The notes below the pieces were generated by a model that saw only the letters and a list, made by a program, of their open reading frames with translations, was not told the DNA's origin and did no database searches. Below are positions 1 through 11,342 of a stretch of 64,000 nucleotides of DNA, one piece after another. Within the stretch, counting starts at the first letter, position 1. Every line of letters starts with the position of its first letter. Both the position numbers and the translations under genes were made by a program. This stretch comes from Macrostomum lignano (taxonomy: Eukaryota): the NCBI GenBank assembly GCA_002269645.1, contig NIVC01002674.1, forward strand, positions 62,001-126,000, written 5' to 3'.

Positions 1-314
1 TTTTCTTAGTCTGATAAAATTGATGAGTAGTTGTACATATGAGGGATGTACATTTAAAACCCTGTTTTGCCTAGCTCTAACTTGTCCCAGAGGCTTTCCA
101 CCATTAATTTTAAACGACAGTATATTTGTTATAAAAATTGTTATTTCGAAGTACTATACGATATGCGATACTATACGATTAGATGAAATGCCGGTATTGG
201 GGGTAGGAGCATAAAAATCGATAATTGAGCGTACAATTAAGCAGTTTGAATAAAATAAAATAAATGACACGTGAATAAATATTGTACTTCAATAGGGTAA
301 AAATAGCGCATTGG

Positions 315-2513
315 TTAAAATGATTCAATGTTTCCTGGCTGAGACTTGAACTTATTGGGCGCCAGGAGGCTCTGTAAGTTACGTTGCCGTGTAAATGCGG
401 GCAGTATGCGGGAGCCTGGTTTATTTTGTAGCTTATCAAAGTTTTTAGCAATCTCGTTGGCAAGCCAGACCGTAGATGGGTGAAAATGAAGGACCAGTGG
501 GATGGGTCGGAGAAGATGATTGTCGACCCTGATGTTCGTACCCGGCGGTTTGTCAGTCCCCAGTTTTTTTAATCCAGATTTCTTCCCTAAGTTCGATTTT
601 GTTGTTATTAAGAATTTGTTCGATAGCAATGGAGACAAAGTTTGCAATCGAGTGATTGGGGGTGAGAAAGTGCTCTGACCCGAAGTTACGACTCTCCTGT
701 TAATATTTGACCTGTGCTGGTTCATTCTATCTCTCATTGTTCTTCTAGTCATACCTACATAGAAGATTTTCCCAGGGTGGCACTGGTTGCAGGAGATGCC
801 ATAGATGATGTTCTTGGAGCCACAGGACAGGCTCTGAGAGATTAAAAAACCAGAAGCCGGTTTCAGTCCCTGGGCGGAGAGAGCAGGCGGTGAGTGGGTG
901 CAGCATTTGCAGCGGGATGACCCACAGGGATGGAACCCTTTGGGAAGCAGACCCAGATTGGTCGTTGGTCCCGCAGTCCAGTTCATAAGTTTGAGGACCT
1001 CCTTTTTGCAGTTTCTAAGAAAAATCTTCGAGTAGCCTAATTGCTTGAGTTCCGATTTTAAAGAATTGAAAGCATCGTTGAAAGACTTGTAGTCATCACA
1101 GATACGAGCGTACCGAAGGATTTGGGATTTTACTACCCCCTTGAAGGTGTGTGACGGATGGAAGGACTGTCGGTGCAACAATCTATGAGTGTCTGTTTCT
1201 TTTGAAAACAGTTGTGTTGTGAAGCGGTTTTCAGCTTTCCTGATGGTCATGTCAAGGAAACTGACCTCAGTTGATGAGGAGCTGACGGTGAGTTTAATGC
1301 TGGGGTTGATTGAATTTAGGTGTCGAACAAATTCTGTCAGAGCTTCAGCCGGGTGGTCCCAGTGAATGAAGATATCATCTATGTACCTAAAATAAATGTT
1401 CGGCTTATAAAGAGCAGTTCTCAGGGCAGTTTCCTCCCAGAGGCTCATGAAGAGACAGGCATAGCTGGGCGCAAATATGCGCCCCATGGCTGTACCTCTA
1501 AGTTGTAGGAAAATCATTTTGTCAAATTCAAAGTCATTCCTGTACAAACACAATTCCAGTAGTTTTATTATTTCAGCATCCGGTCTAATGGGATCCGGGT
1601 ATCGGTTAAAGAATTCCTGGATCGCTGCAATGCCCTGATCTATTGGGATCATGGAGTACAGACTCTGGACATCACAGGTTGCGAGAGTCGAACCTTCCGT
1701 GCAGCTTTTATCCATAAGGTGTGCCTTGAAGTCATACGAGTCCTTAATGAAGGTGGGTTGCGCTTGGGCAATCGGTTTTAGAAAGAAGTCTATGTACTTT
1801 TCTGCTCCAATTGCTTCAGAACTACATCCGCTAACAATAGGTCTGCCTGCTGGGACCCGAAAGGGGATCAGCCAGGTGGCCGGGTCCTTGTGAATTTTTG
1901 GGAGCAGGTAGAAATGCCGGGGACGGAAGTTCTCTCCAGGACAAAGAAATGCACACTGTTTCTTAGATATGAACTTTCTGTTACATAAATTGAGGAAGAT
2001 CCCCCTAATAAGTTCCGCAGTCACGGGTTGCAATGGCTGGTCCAGCTGTTGATAGGCATCAGTGTCAAACAGTTGGTTGTAGGCTGCAAATTCGTAGTCC
2101 TTAGGGTGCATGATGACCACTGCGTTGCCTTTGTCCGCCTTTTTTATAAAGACGGAGCTGTTTCGCTTGAGCCCCTGAATCGCCCTGGTCTCTGATGCCT
2201 CTAGGTTGCCTTTGATCTGTACCGTTGTCAAATTCTCTACCAGTTTTTGGTTCTCAAGTACAAACAAGTTGCACTCATCCCTTCTCAGTCTGAGGGGAAC
2301 CTCCTTCACTGATTTCCCGGTGAAGGGGGGCGGGCTGGTATTGGCGAGACCCCTCTTTTTGAAAAAGTCTTTCCAGAAAAGTTTACGATGAAATTCCGTC
2401 ATGCAGTTCCTCAAATCATCGAAATCAAGGGCTTGGGTTGGGATAAAATTGAGTCCCCTATCTAGCAGCCTCGTCTCAGACTCGGAGAGTTTGAAGGTGG
2501 GGTGTAGATTCAA
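315..2513 (-). CDS. PLE reverse transcriptase + GIY-YIG endonuclease polyprotein (no ATG before the conserved N-terminus; about 40 aa of the endonuclease are out of frame)
   Basis: Motifs LLDRGLNFIPT, IKKADKGNAVVI, FYLLPKIHK, GRPIVS, DVQSLYSMIP, GTAMG, YFRYIDDIF, VSFLDMTI, HPSHTFKGVVKSQILRYARIC; endonuclease NIIYGISC..C...YVGMT.R..R.RMNQH. The frame is open from 2594 but the supplied start is TTG. Confidence 0.92.
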   Translation of the reverse strand: MNLHPTFKLSESETRLLDRGLNFIPTQALDFDDLRNCMTEFHRKLFWKDFFKKRGLANTSPPPFTGKSVKEVPLRLRRDECNLFVLENQKLVENLTTVQIKGNLEASETRAIQGLKRNSSVFIKKADKGNAVVIMHPKDYEFAAYNQLFDTDAYQQLDQPLQPVTAELIRGIFLNLCNRKFISKKQCAFLCPGENFRPRHFYLLPKIHKDPATWLIPFRVPAGRPIVSGCSSEAIGAEKYIDFFLKPIAQAQPTFIKDSYDFKAHLMDKSCTEGSTLATCDVQSLYSMIPIDQGIAAIQEFFNRYPDPIRPDAEIIKLLELCLYRNDFEFDKMIFLQLRGTAMGRIFAPSYACLFMSLWEETALRTALYKPNIYFRYIDDIFIHWDHPAEALTEFVRHLNSINPSIKLTVSSSSTEVSFLDMTIRKAENRFTTQLFSKETDTHRLLHRQSFHPSHTFKGVVKSQILRYARICDDYKSFNDAFNSLKSELKQLGYSKIFLRNCKKEVLKLMNWTAGPTTNLGLLPKGFHPCGSSRCKCCTHSPPALSAQGLKPASGFLISQSLSCGSKNIIYGISCNQCHPGKIFYVGMTRRTMRDRMNQHRSNINRRVVTSGQSTFSPPITRLQTLSPLLSNKFLITTKSNLGKKSGLKKLGTDKPPGTNIRVDNHLLRPIPLVLHFHPSTVWLANEIAKNFDKLQNKPGSRILPAFTRQRNLQSLLAPNKFKSQPGNIESF

Positions 2514-2551
2514 AATGTTGCCTTCCAGTTTGGGAGGCCTACAGTAGTCAG

Positions 2552-3411
2552 CTAGTTTAAAGTTCTCAGCCAGGAAGCCAGCGCCAGTATAAAGTCAGGC
2601 GCTGAGAAGGATACAATTGGTTTAAGAGGAGGAGAGGCAATAAGAGTAACAGGTGAGAGTTTCTTACTCAGAGATTGAGTCAATTCTTCACCGCTGGCAA
2701 AGGGCGGAACCAGAAGGATCTTACGTGTCAGTCTGTCCGCTCTCAGTAGATCGATAGCCTCAGAGAGCGACTCTCGCCAGTGGTCTGTGCTGAGCAGCTC
2801 GTCCGGCAGGACCAGCACCGTTGACTGAGCGCATTGCCGGTTCCGCAGGGCAGCCGACCTCAGTAGGGATGGTAAGGCTGACAGTGAGTACTCATGCACC
2901 TCTGTGATTGCCGGCAGTTTGAGGCCCTCGAAAGGCTTTGGGCAGAGTACCAGGTTCCGGCAGTCCCTGCTGATGATGAGCGAAACAGGTTGCTCAAAGG
3001 TGCTGGGTGAGTCATTCAGATGCGGCCTGTGGCGTTCCGGTCCACCAGGGGAGTCTTCAGAGTCCGGCGATGGTAAGCGGCGTTTAGCAGGTGAAGCAGG
3101 CAGTCCCACCCGTGGAAGAGGCGGGGTCACAAAGAGGTCGTCAGCTGCCGACGTACAGCCGTTCTCAGGTGAGGCGACTTCGGTGGTCCCGCCTGCCGCC
3201 GGACTGCCGTCCGAAGCCGCAACCGCAGCCGCTGAGGGGTCGTTGCTGATCGTCGCATCGGCGCTCGCTGCCACGTCCCCGATGGTCGTCGCGCCGCCGT
3301 CCACTACCGAGTCGGCGTTGGTCTCCGTGCTCGTGCTTGCCGTGGGCTCATTGCTAGATGCTGCGATCGTGCTGGCTGTCGTGGTGTCGTTGTTGGAGCA
3401 GTTCAGAGCTG
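2552..3411 (-). CDS. Upstream ORF of the PLE: Ser/Ala/Thr/Pro-rich N-terminal part plus a compact alpha/beta-like C-terminal domain; no ATG seen
   Basis: Open frame from the edge of the tandem array (~3411) to TAG at 2552-2554; the C-terminal ~150 aa have non-repetitive globular composition (STVLVLPDELL...AIDLLRADRLTRKILLVPPF). It overlaps the start of the RT frame by ~40 nt. Confidence 0.6.
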
Positions 3412-4268
3412 CTGTCCTTCAGTGCTGCTGTCCCCCCTGATCCTTCAGTGCTGTCCCCTGATCCTTCAGTGCTGCTGTCCCCCCTGATCCTTCAGTGCTG
3501 CTGTCCCCCCTGATCCTTCAGTGCTGCTGTCCCCTGATCCTTCAGTGCTGTCCCCTGATCCTTCAGTGCTGTCCCCTGATCCTTCAGTGCTGCTGTCCCC
3601 CCCCTGATCCTTCAGTGCTGCTGTCCCCCCCCCCTGATCCTTCAGTGCTGCTTTCCCCCTGATCCTTCAGTGATGCTGTCCCCCCTGATACTTCAATGCT
3701 GTCCCCCCTGATCTTTCAGTGCTGTCCCCTGATCCTTCAGTGCTGCTGTCCCCCCTGATCCTTCAGTGCTGCTGTCCCTCCTGATCCTTCAATGCTGTCC
3801 CCCCTGATCCTTCAGTGCTGTCCCCTGATCCTTCAGTGCTGCTGTCCCCCCTGATCCTTCAGTGCTGTCCCCTGATCCTTCAGTGCTGCTGTCCCCCCTG
3901 ATCCTTCAGTGCTGCTGTTCCCCCTGATCCTTCAGTGCTGCTGTCCCCCCTGATCCTTCAGTGCTGTCCCCTGATCCTTCAGTGCTGCTGTCCCCCCTGA
4001 TCCTTCAGTGCTGCTGTCCCTCCTGATCCTTCAATGCTGTCCCCCCTGATCCTTCAATGCTGTCCCCCCTGATCCTGCAGTGCTGCCGTCCCCCCCTGCT
4101 GATCCTTCAGTGCTGCTGTCCCCCTGATCCTTCAATGCTGTCCCCCTGATCCTGCAGTGCTGCTGTCCCCCCCTGCTGATCCTTCAGTGCTGCTGTCCCC
4201 CCTGATCCTTCAATGCTGTCCCCCCTGATCCTGCAGTGCTGCTGTCCCCCCTGCTGATCCTTCAGTGC
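3408..4268. repeat. Minisatellite, ~22-28 bp unit (ctgatccttcagtgctgctgtccccc), array 1
   Basis: Tandem units with variable C-run length, read directly. Confidence 0.95.
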
Positions 4269-4683
4269 CGCTGCCTCTTGTTTTGAGCAGCAGTTTGAGC
4301 TGAGAATTGAGCTGCCCGAATGCAAAAGATAAACTTGAACACAGCTTTGTCAGCAGCTGCTCATCGATTTCAACATCCCAGAAGGCTGCTGGGAGCCTTC
4401 ATCTTCATTGCTCTGGCCAGAAATTCAATTTGCAACCCGCCAATTTCTAACAGTCCTCGCGGGCCTCAGGTGTGCCTAGCTGTTAAGGCAGCTGCTTGAG
4501 GCACTGTTGCACTGGCTGCGTAAACCCCCCGGGGCCTTGGAACCGTTTTTTATTTAGAATTATTTATTCATAATAAAATAAGCCATGAGAGTCGAATTTC
4601 TGACTTATTTTAGACTGAATGACACTTACCCGAAAGTAGAGAAATGAGAGTTTAAGAGATCTGAAAAAGCTGATGCAGGAAGC

Positions 4684-5058
4684 TGAGAGTGAGATTAGAG
4701 AGCGAGACTGTGAGACTGAGAGTGAGATTAGATATGCAGACTGAGAGTGAGAGTAGAGATGCAGACTGACGGTGAGAGTAGAGATGCAGACTGAGAGTGA
4801 GAGTAGAGATGCAGAATGGAAGACTGAGAGTGGGAGTGGAGATGCAGACTGAGAGTGAGAGTAGAAATGCAGACTGAGAGTGAGAGTAGAGATGCAGACT
4901 GAGAGTGAGAGTAGAGATGCAGACTGAGAGACTGACAGTGAGAGTAGAGATGCAGACTGAGAGTGAGAGTAGAAATGCAGACTGACAGTGAGAGTAGAGA
5001 TGCAGACTGAGAGTGAGAGTAGAAATGCAGACTGAGAGTGAGAGTAGCGATGCAGACT
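4684..5058. repeat. Minisatellite, ~25-bp unit (gagagtgagagtagagatgcagact)
   Basis: Tandem units read directly. Confidence 0.9.
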
Positions 5059-5601
5059 GGGAGACTGCAGAGAACTCCTGTCAGCCACAGCAGGTTGCAG
5101 GGGTTATTGACACTGATGGCGGTTGGCAAAGCAACTCCCAGTTCATGCCTGACGATCCAATTTGAATAACATCATCATGCAAGTCTCTATTAAATTGCAA
5201 CTGGAAAAATTCTCCCTTTGTTAAAACCGATATTGAGAAAATTCTAGTCAAGGATATTTAGAAATATATATTTCCCCCGCAATGGGAGTGGGTATCCCCA
5301 GGATGCTGGCAGCTCTGAGAGACTGATTGACCGTTTTTGATCAGAGTGAATGATTAATCATATAGTCAAAAAAATGATAAATATTCTGAATGCATTGAGA
5401 AGGATTATCAGCATCTGAGCAGCTGAAGCTGCGATTTTGGGGAATGACAAAAACACAAATCCCCGCTCCGGGTAAACAGCTCATCAACTCTGAGCTGCTG
5501 TCCACGTTTCCAGCTTTTAAATCAAATTTTGATTGGTTTAAAGTATAAAGTAAAATTATGGCCATTAACTACTCACTGATCTGCTCAGTGCAGCAGACAC
5601 T

Positions 5602-8281
5602 CACTGAAGGATCAGGGGGACATCACTGAAGGATCAGGGGGGACAGCAGCACTGAAGGAGCAGGGAGGGGGGGACAGCAGCACTGAAGGAGCAGGGGACA
5701 GCACTGAAGGATCAGGGGGCAGCAGCACTGAAGGATCAGGGGGAACAGCAGCACTGAAGGAGCAGGGGGGACAGCAGCACTGAAGGAGCAGGGGACAGCA
5801 CTGAAGGATCAGGGGGCAGCAGCACTGAAGGAGCAGGGGACAGCACTGTAGGATCAGGGGGGCAGCAGCACTGAAGGATCAGGGGGGGACAGCAGCACTG
5901 AAGGAGCAGGGGACAGCACTGAAGGATCAGGGGGGCAGCAGCACTGAAGGATCAGGGGGCAGCACTGCAGGATCAGGGGGGGGGACAGCACTGAAGGATC
6001 AGGGGGCAGCAGCACTGAAGGAGCAGGGAGGCAGCAGCACTGAAGGAGCAGGGGGGCAGCAGCACTGAAGGAGCAGGGAGGCAGCAGCACTGAAGGAGCA
6101 GGGGGCAGCAGCACTGAAGGATCAGGGGGGGGGAAGCAGCACTGAAGGAGCAGGGGGGAAGCAGCACTGAAGGATCAGGGGGCAGCAGCACTGAAGGAGC
6201 AGGGGGCAGCAGCACTGAAGGAGCAGGGGGGCAGCAGCACTGAAGGAGCAGGGGGGCAGCAGCACTGAAGGAGCAGGGGGCAGCAGCACTGAAGGAGCAG
6301 GGGGCAGCAGCACTGAAGGAGCAGGGGGCAGCAGCACTGAAGGAGCAGGGGGGCAGCAGCACTGAAGGATCAGGGGGGCAGCAGCACTGAAGGAGCAGGG
6401 GGGCAGCACTGAAGGAGCAGGGGGGCAGCAGCACTGAAGGAGCAGGGGGGCAGCAGCACTGAAGGATCAGGGGGGGGGCAGCAGCACTGAAGGAGTAGGG
6501 GGGAAGCAGCACTGAAGGATCAGGGGGGCAGCAGCACTGAAAGAGCAGGGGGCAGCAGCACTGAAGGAGCAGGGGGGCAGCAGCACTGAAGGAGCAGGGG
6601 GCAGCAGCACTGAAGGAGCAGGGGGGCAGCAGCACTGAAGGAGCAGGGGGGCAGCAGCACTGAAGGATCAGGGGGCAGCAGCACTGAAGGAGCAGGGGGG
6701 CAGCACTGAAGGAGCAGGGGGGCAGCAGCACTGAAGGATCAGGGGGGCAGCAGCACTGAAGGAGCAGGGGGGCAGCAGCACTGAAGGAGCAGGGGGGCAG
6801 CAGCACTGAAGGAGCAGGGGGGCAGCAGCACTGAAGGAGCAGGGGGGCAGCAGCACTGAAGGAGCAGGGGGGCAGCAGCACTGAAGGATCAGGGGGGCAG
6901 CAGCACTGAAGGAGCAGGGGGCAGCACTGAAGGAGCAGGGGGGCAGCAGCACTGAAGGAGCAGGGGGGCAGCAGCACTGAAGGAGCAGGGGGCAGCAGCA
7001 CTGAAGGAGCAGGGGGGCAGCAGCACTGAAGGAGCAGGGGGGCAGCAGCACTGAAGGAGCAGGGGGGCAGCAGCACTGAAGGAGCAGGGGGCAGCAGCAC
7101 TGAAGGATCAGGGGGGGGGGAAGCAGCACTGAAGGAGCAGGGGGGCAGCAGCACTGAAGGAGCAGGGGGCAGCAGCACTGAAGGATCAGGGGGGGGGGGA
7201 AGCAGCACTGAAGGAGCAGGGGGGCAGCAGCACTGAAGGAGCAGGGGGGCAGCAGCACTGAAGGAGCAGGGGGCAGCAGCACTGAAGGATCAGGGGGCAG
7301 CAGCACTGAAAGAGCAGGGGGCAGCAGCACTGAAGGATCAGGGGGGAAGCAGCACTGAAGGAGCAGGGGGCAGCAGCACTGAAGGATCAGGGGGGCAGCA
7401 GCACTGAAGGAGCAGGGGGGAAGCAGCACTGAAGGAGCAGGGGGGCAGCAGCACTGAAGGAGCAGGGGGGCAGCAGCACTGAAGGATCAGGGGGCAGCAG
7501 CACTGAAGGAGCAGGGGGCAGCAGCACTGAAGGATCAGGGGGGCAGCAGCACTGAAGGAGCAGGGGGGAAGCAGCACTGAAGGAGCAGGGGGCAGCAGCA
7601 CTGAAGGAGCAGGGGGGCAGCAGCACTGAAGGAGCAGGGGGCAGCAGCACTGAAGGAGCAGGGGGGCAGCAGCACTGAAGGAGCAGGGGGCAGCAGCACT
7701 GAAGGAGCAGGGGGCAGCAGCACTGAAGGAGCAGGGAGGCAGCAGCACTGAAGGAGCAGGGGGGCAGCAGCACTGAAGGATCAGGGGGGCAGCAGCACTG
7801 AAGGAGCAGGGGGAAGCAGCACTGAAGGATCAGGGGGGAAGCAGCACTGAAAGAGCAGGGGGCAGCAGCACTGAAGGATCAGGGGGGGGAAGCAGCACTG
7901 AAGGAGCAGGGGGCAGCAGCACTGAAGGAGCAGGGGGCAGCAGCACTGAAGGATCAGGGGGGCAGCAGCACTGAAGGAGCAGGGGGGCAGCACTGAAGGA
8001 GCAGGGGGGCAGCAGCACTGAAGGATCAGGGGGGCAGCAGCACTGAAGGAGCAGGGGGGCAGCAGCACTGAAGGAGCAGGGGGCAGCAGCACTGAAGGAT
8101 CAGGGGGGAAGCAGCACTGAAGGAGCAGGGGGGCAGCAGCACTGAAGGAGCAGGGGGGCAGCAGCACTGAAGGATCAGGGGGGGCAGCAGCACTGAAGGA
8201 GCAGGGGGCAGCAGCACTGAAGGAGCAGGGGGGCAGCAGCACTGAAGGAGCAGGGGGGCAGCAGCACTGAAGGAGCAGGGG
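5602..8281. repeat. Minisatellite, ~22-28 bp unit (gcagcagcactgaaggagcaggggg), array 2, inverted relative to array 1
   Basis: The unit is the reverse complement of the 3408-4268 unit; about 2.7 kb long. Confidence 0.95.
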
Positions 8282-8919
8282 GTGGGCCCTCTTGACTGAA
8301 ATGAGAAAAACAATTGACGACAACCCCCAGAGGCCAAATTAGTGCAAAAAACACTTTAACATCAAACTTTGGCCTTCAATTAGATACGGATAGCCACTTT
8401 CAATGTTGAAGCAGTTCTTGCTTGATGTACTTTTATTTAATACTATAATCAACATTCGCTGGCGCTGCTATCAGGTGTGGCAAGCGGTTTTACAGTAAGT
8501 GCAAATTTAATTCCTTATTAAATGGGGAATTTTATTAAGACAGAAACACCGATCGATCGCATTGTAGACGAGAAACTGAACGGAAAGCCCAGAGAAAAGC
8601 TCGAATGTAATACACCTCAAAATAATTACAGAGATTAGTAAAAATCCAGGGACATTAAGGTAAGCGCTGGTCCTGTGCAGCCGTTGCAATAATTAATTGA
8701 ATTCGATGAGGCAGAGAAACTGAAATTCACGAGAAACTGAGACTGAGCTACCGCGCTTAATAGAAATTATAACTTTATAATTAAGCAGAGTTAGTTTACT
8801 TTGAAAAAATGAGTTCAATTCACTGTCTGTTTTGATAATCGATGAGAAATGAGAAGTTAATCTTTGTCATTTTCTAATTATACACTAATTGATTGGCTGC
8901 CCTCCGGCACTTGGGGAGA

Positions 8920-10817
8920 CAGGAAAGGAGGGAAAGGGGAGAGAAGAGGGAGAGAAGGAGAGGAGAGCGGGATTTGGATAAAAGGGAGAGGGAGAAGAGA
9001 GAGAGGAGGGGAGAGGGAGAAGAGAGAGAGGAGGGGAGAGGGAGAAAAGAGATAGGAGGGGAGAGAGAAAGGAGGGGAGAGAGAAAGGAGGGGAGAGGGA
9101 GAAGAAAGATAGGAGGGGAGAGGGAGAAGAGAGATAGGAGGGGAGAGGGAGAAGAGAGATAGGAGGGGAGAGGGAGAAGAGAGATAGGAGGGGAGAGGGA
9201 GAAGAGAGATAGGAGGGGAGAGGGAGAAGAGAGATAGGAGGGGAGAGAGAAAGGAGGGGAGAGGGAGAAGAGAGAAAGGAGGGAGAGAGAAAGGAGGGGA
9301 GAGAGAAAGGAGGGGAGAGGGAGAAGAAAGATAGGAGGGGAGAGGGAGAAGAGAGATAGGAGGGGAGAGGGAGAAGAGAGATAGGAGGGGAGAGGGAGAA
9401 GAGAGATAGGAGGGGAGAGAGAAAGGAGGGGAGAGGGAGAAGAAAGATAGGAGGGGAGAGGGAGAAGAGAGAAAGGAGGGAGAGAGAAAGGAGGGGAGAG
9501 AGAAAGGAGGGGAGAGGGAGAAGAGAGAGAGGAGGGGAGAGGGAGAAGAGAGATAGGAGGGGAGAGGGAGAAGAGAGATAGGAGGGGAGAGGGAGAAGAG
9601 AGAAAGGAGGGAGAGAGAAAGGAGGGGAGAGGGAGAAGAGAGAGAGGAGGGGAGAGGGAGAAGAGAGAGAGGAGGGGAGAGGGAGAAGAGAGATAGGAGG
9701 GGAGAGGGAGAAGAGAGATAGGAGGGGAGAGGGAGAAGAGAGAAAGGAGGGAGAGAGAAAGGAGGGGAGAGGGAGAAGAGAGAGAGGAGGGGAGAGGGAG
9801 AAGAGAGAGAGGAGGGGAGAGGGAGAAGAGAGAGAGGAGAGGAGAGGGAGAAGAAAGATAGGAGGGGAGAGGGAGAAGAGAGATAGGAGGGGAGAGGGAG
9901 AAGAGAGATAGGAGGGGAGAGGGAGAAGAGAGATAGGAGGGAGAGGGAGAAGAGAGATAGGAGGGGAGAGAGAAAGGAGGGGAGAGGGAGAAGAAAGATA
10001 GGAGGGGAGAGGGAGAAGAGAGAAAGGAGGGAGAGAGAAAGGAGGAGAGAGAGAAAGGAGGGGAGAGGGAGAAGAGAGAGAGGAGGGAGAGAGAAAGGAG
10101 GGGAGAGAGAAAGGAGGGGAGAGGGAGAAGAAAGATAGGAGGGGAGAGGGAGAAGAGAGATAGGAGGGGAGAGGGAGAAGAGAGATAGGAGGGGAGAGGG
10201 AGAAGAGAGATAGGAGGGGAGAGAGAAAGGAGGGGAGAGGGAGAAGAAAGATAGGAGGGGAGAGGGAGAAGAGAGAAAGGAGGGAGAGAGAAAGGAGGGG
10301 AGAGAGAAAGGAGGGGAGAGGGAGAAGAGAGAGAGGAGGGGAGAGGGAGAAGAGAGATAGGAGGGGAGAGGGAGAAGAGAGATAGGAGGGGAGAGGGAGA
10401 AGAGAGAAAGGAGGGAGAGAGAAAGGAGGGGAGAGGGAGAAGAGAGAGAGGAGGGAGAGGGAGAAGAGAGAGAGGAGGGGAGAGGGAGAAGAGAGATAGG
10501 AGGGGAGAGGGAGAAGAGAGATAGGAGGGAGAGGGAGAAGAGAGAAAGGAGGGAGAGAGAAAGGAGGGGAGAGGGAGAAGAGAGAGAGGAGGGGAGAGGG
10601 AGAAGAGAGATAGGAGGGGAGAGGGAGAAGAGAGATAGGAGGGGAGAGGGAGAAGAGAGAAAGGAGGGAGAGAGAAAGGAGGGAGAGGGAGAAGAGAGAT
10701 AGGAGGGGAGAGGGAGAAGAGAGATAGGAGGGGAGAGGGAGAAGAGAGATAGGAGGGGAGAGGGAGAAGAGAGAAAGGAGGGAGAGAGAAAGGAGGGGAG
10801 AGGGAGAGGAAGAGAGG
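8920..10817. repeat. Polypurine minisatellite (~25-bp unit gagagggagaagagagataggaggg), almost only A/G on the + strand
   Basis: About 1.9 kb with only occasional T; the long Ser/Leu/Pro ORFs here are artefacts. Confidence 0.95.
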
Positions 10818-11045
10818 TAACCGGTGAAAACAATGAACAAACAGAGAAGATAAGGACAGTAATCAGACGCACATGAGAAGAGGTGGCGCAAAGCAAAACA
10901 ACACTTCACACACTTCCCCTATTTAAGCGCAGACTCGCACCAAGCGTCTCCAGACGAAGCGCGACAAAAAATAAACTCGGAACGAGCGAACCAGTTCAGA
11001 ATTGCACAACACAATCGCAAAAGGTACAAAAAGTACAAGCAGTGC

Positions 11046-11342
11046 TCAGCTGTCCACCGAACCTCTGCCCACGCTGATCAGATCCTCCAGCTCGTCCAGT
11101 TGTGCGGAGTCCATGGAGCTCTGGTCCTCCCGGCACAGTCGGCACAGAGGAGCCAGCTGGATGCCGCCTCCGTCGCCGCAGACAGCAGCATTTAGCGACG
11201 GTTGTCTTCGTCGAGACGACGACGAACGCGATGAAAACAAGCCGTTGCCGCCGCCACCTCCTACACCGCTGTTGTTCAGCTTCCAGTCTGGCGACTGCTG
11301 CTGACTCGGCTGGGTCCTTGGAGAGGAGAGAGGTTCGGCTTT
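11046..11342 (-). other. GC-rich exon-like segment just downstream of the DEG/ENaC ORF; possibly its terminal exon or an exon of another gene
   Basis: Open frame KAEPLSSPRTQ...PLCRLCREDQ...EDLISVGRGSVDS*; acceptor-like tttctaag at 11343-11350; donor-like GTGGGC at 11067-11072. Confidence 0.3.

Larger units (their letters stand above)
315..3411 (-). mobile_element. Penelope-like retroelement (PLE), C-terminal GIY-YIG type, probably Neptune-like; the 5' end is obscured by a tandem array
   Basis: RT ORF with PLE-type motifs followed by a Cys-rich linker (CGSSRCKCC) and a GIY-YIG endonuclease; a second ORF lies immediately upstream on the same strand. The Neptune assignment rests only on the Cys linker (inference). 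Confidence 0.9.

Noticed and set aside
315-2513. Possibility of a selenocysteine-coding Naiad/Chlamys-type PLE
   Set aside because: The endonuclease is C-terminal rather than N-terminal, and there is no in-frame TGA in the RT ORF.
2970-2990. CTGATGA-TGAGC-GAAAC hammerhead-like string
   Set aside because: No stem II can form, there is no proper stem III or cleavage triplet, and it is antisense to the element inside coding sequence.
5854-10909. Long ORFs such as the 411-aa LLQCCCPP and 672/674-aa SLSPP proteins
   Set aside because: They are translations of minisatellite and polypyrimidine tracts that lack stop codons by composition.
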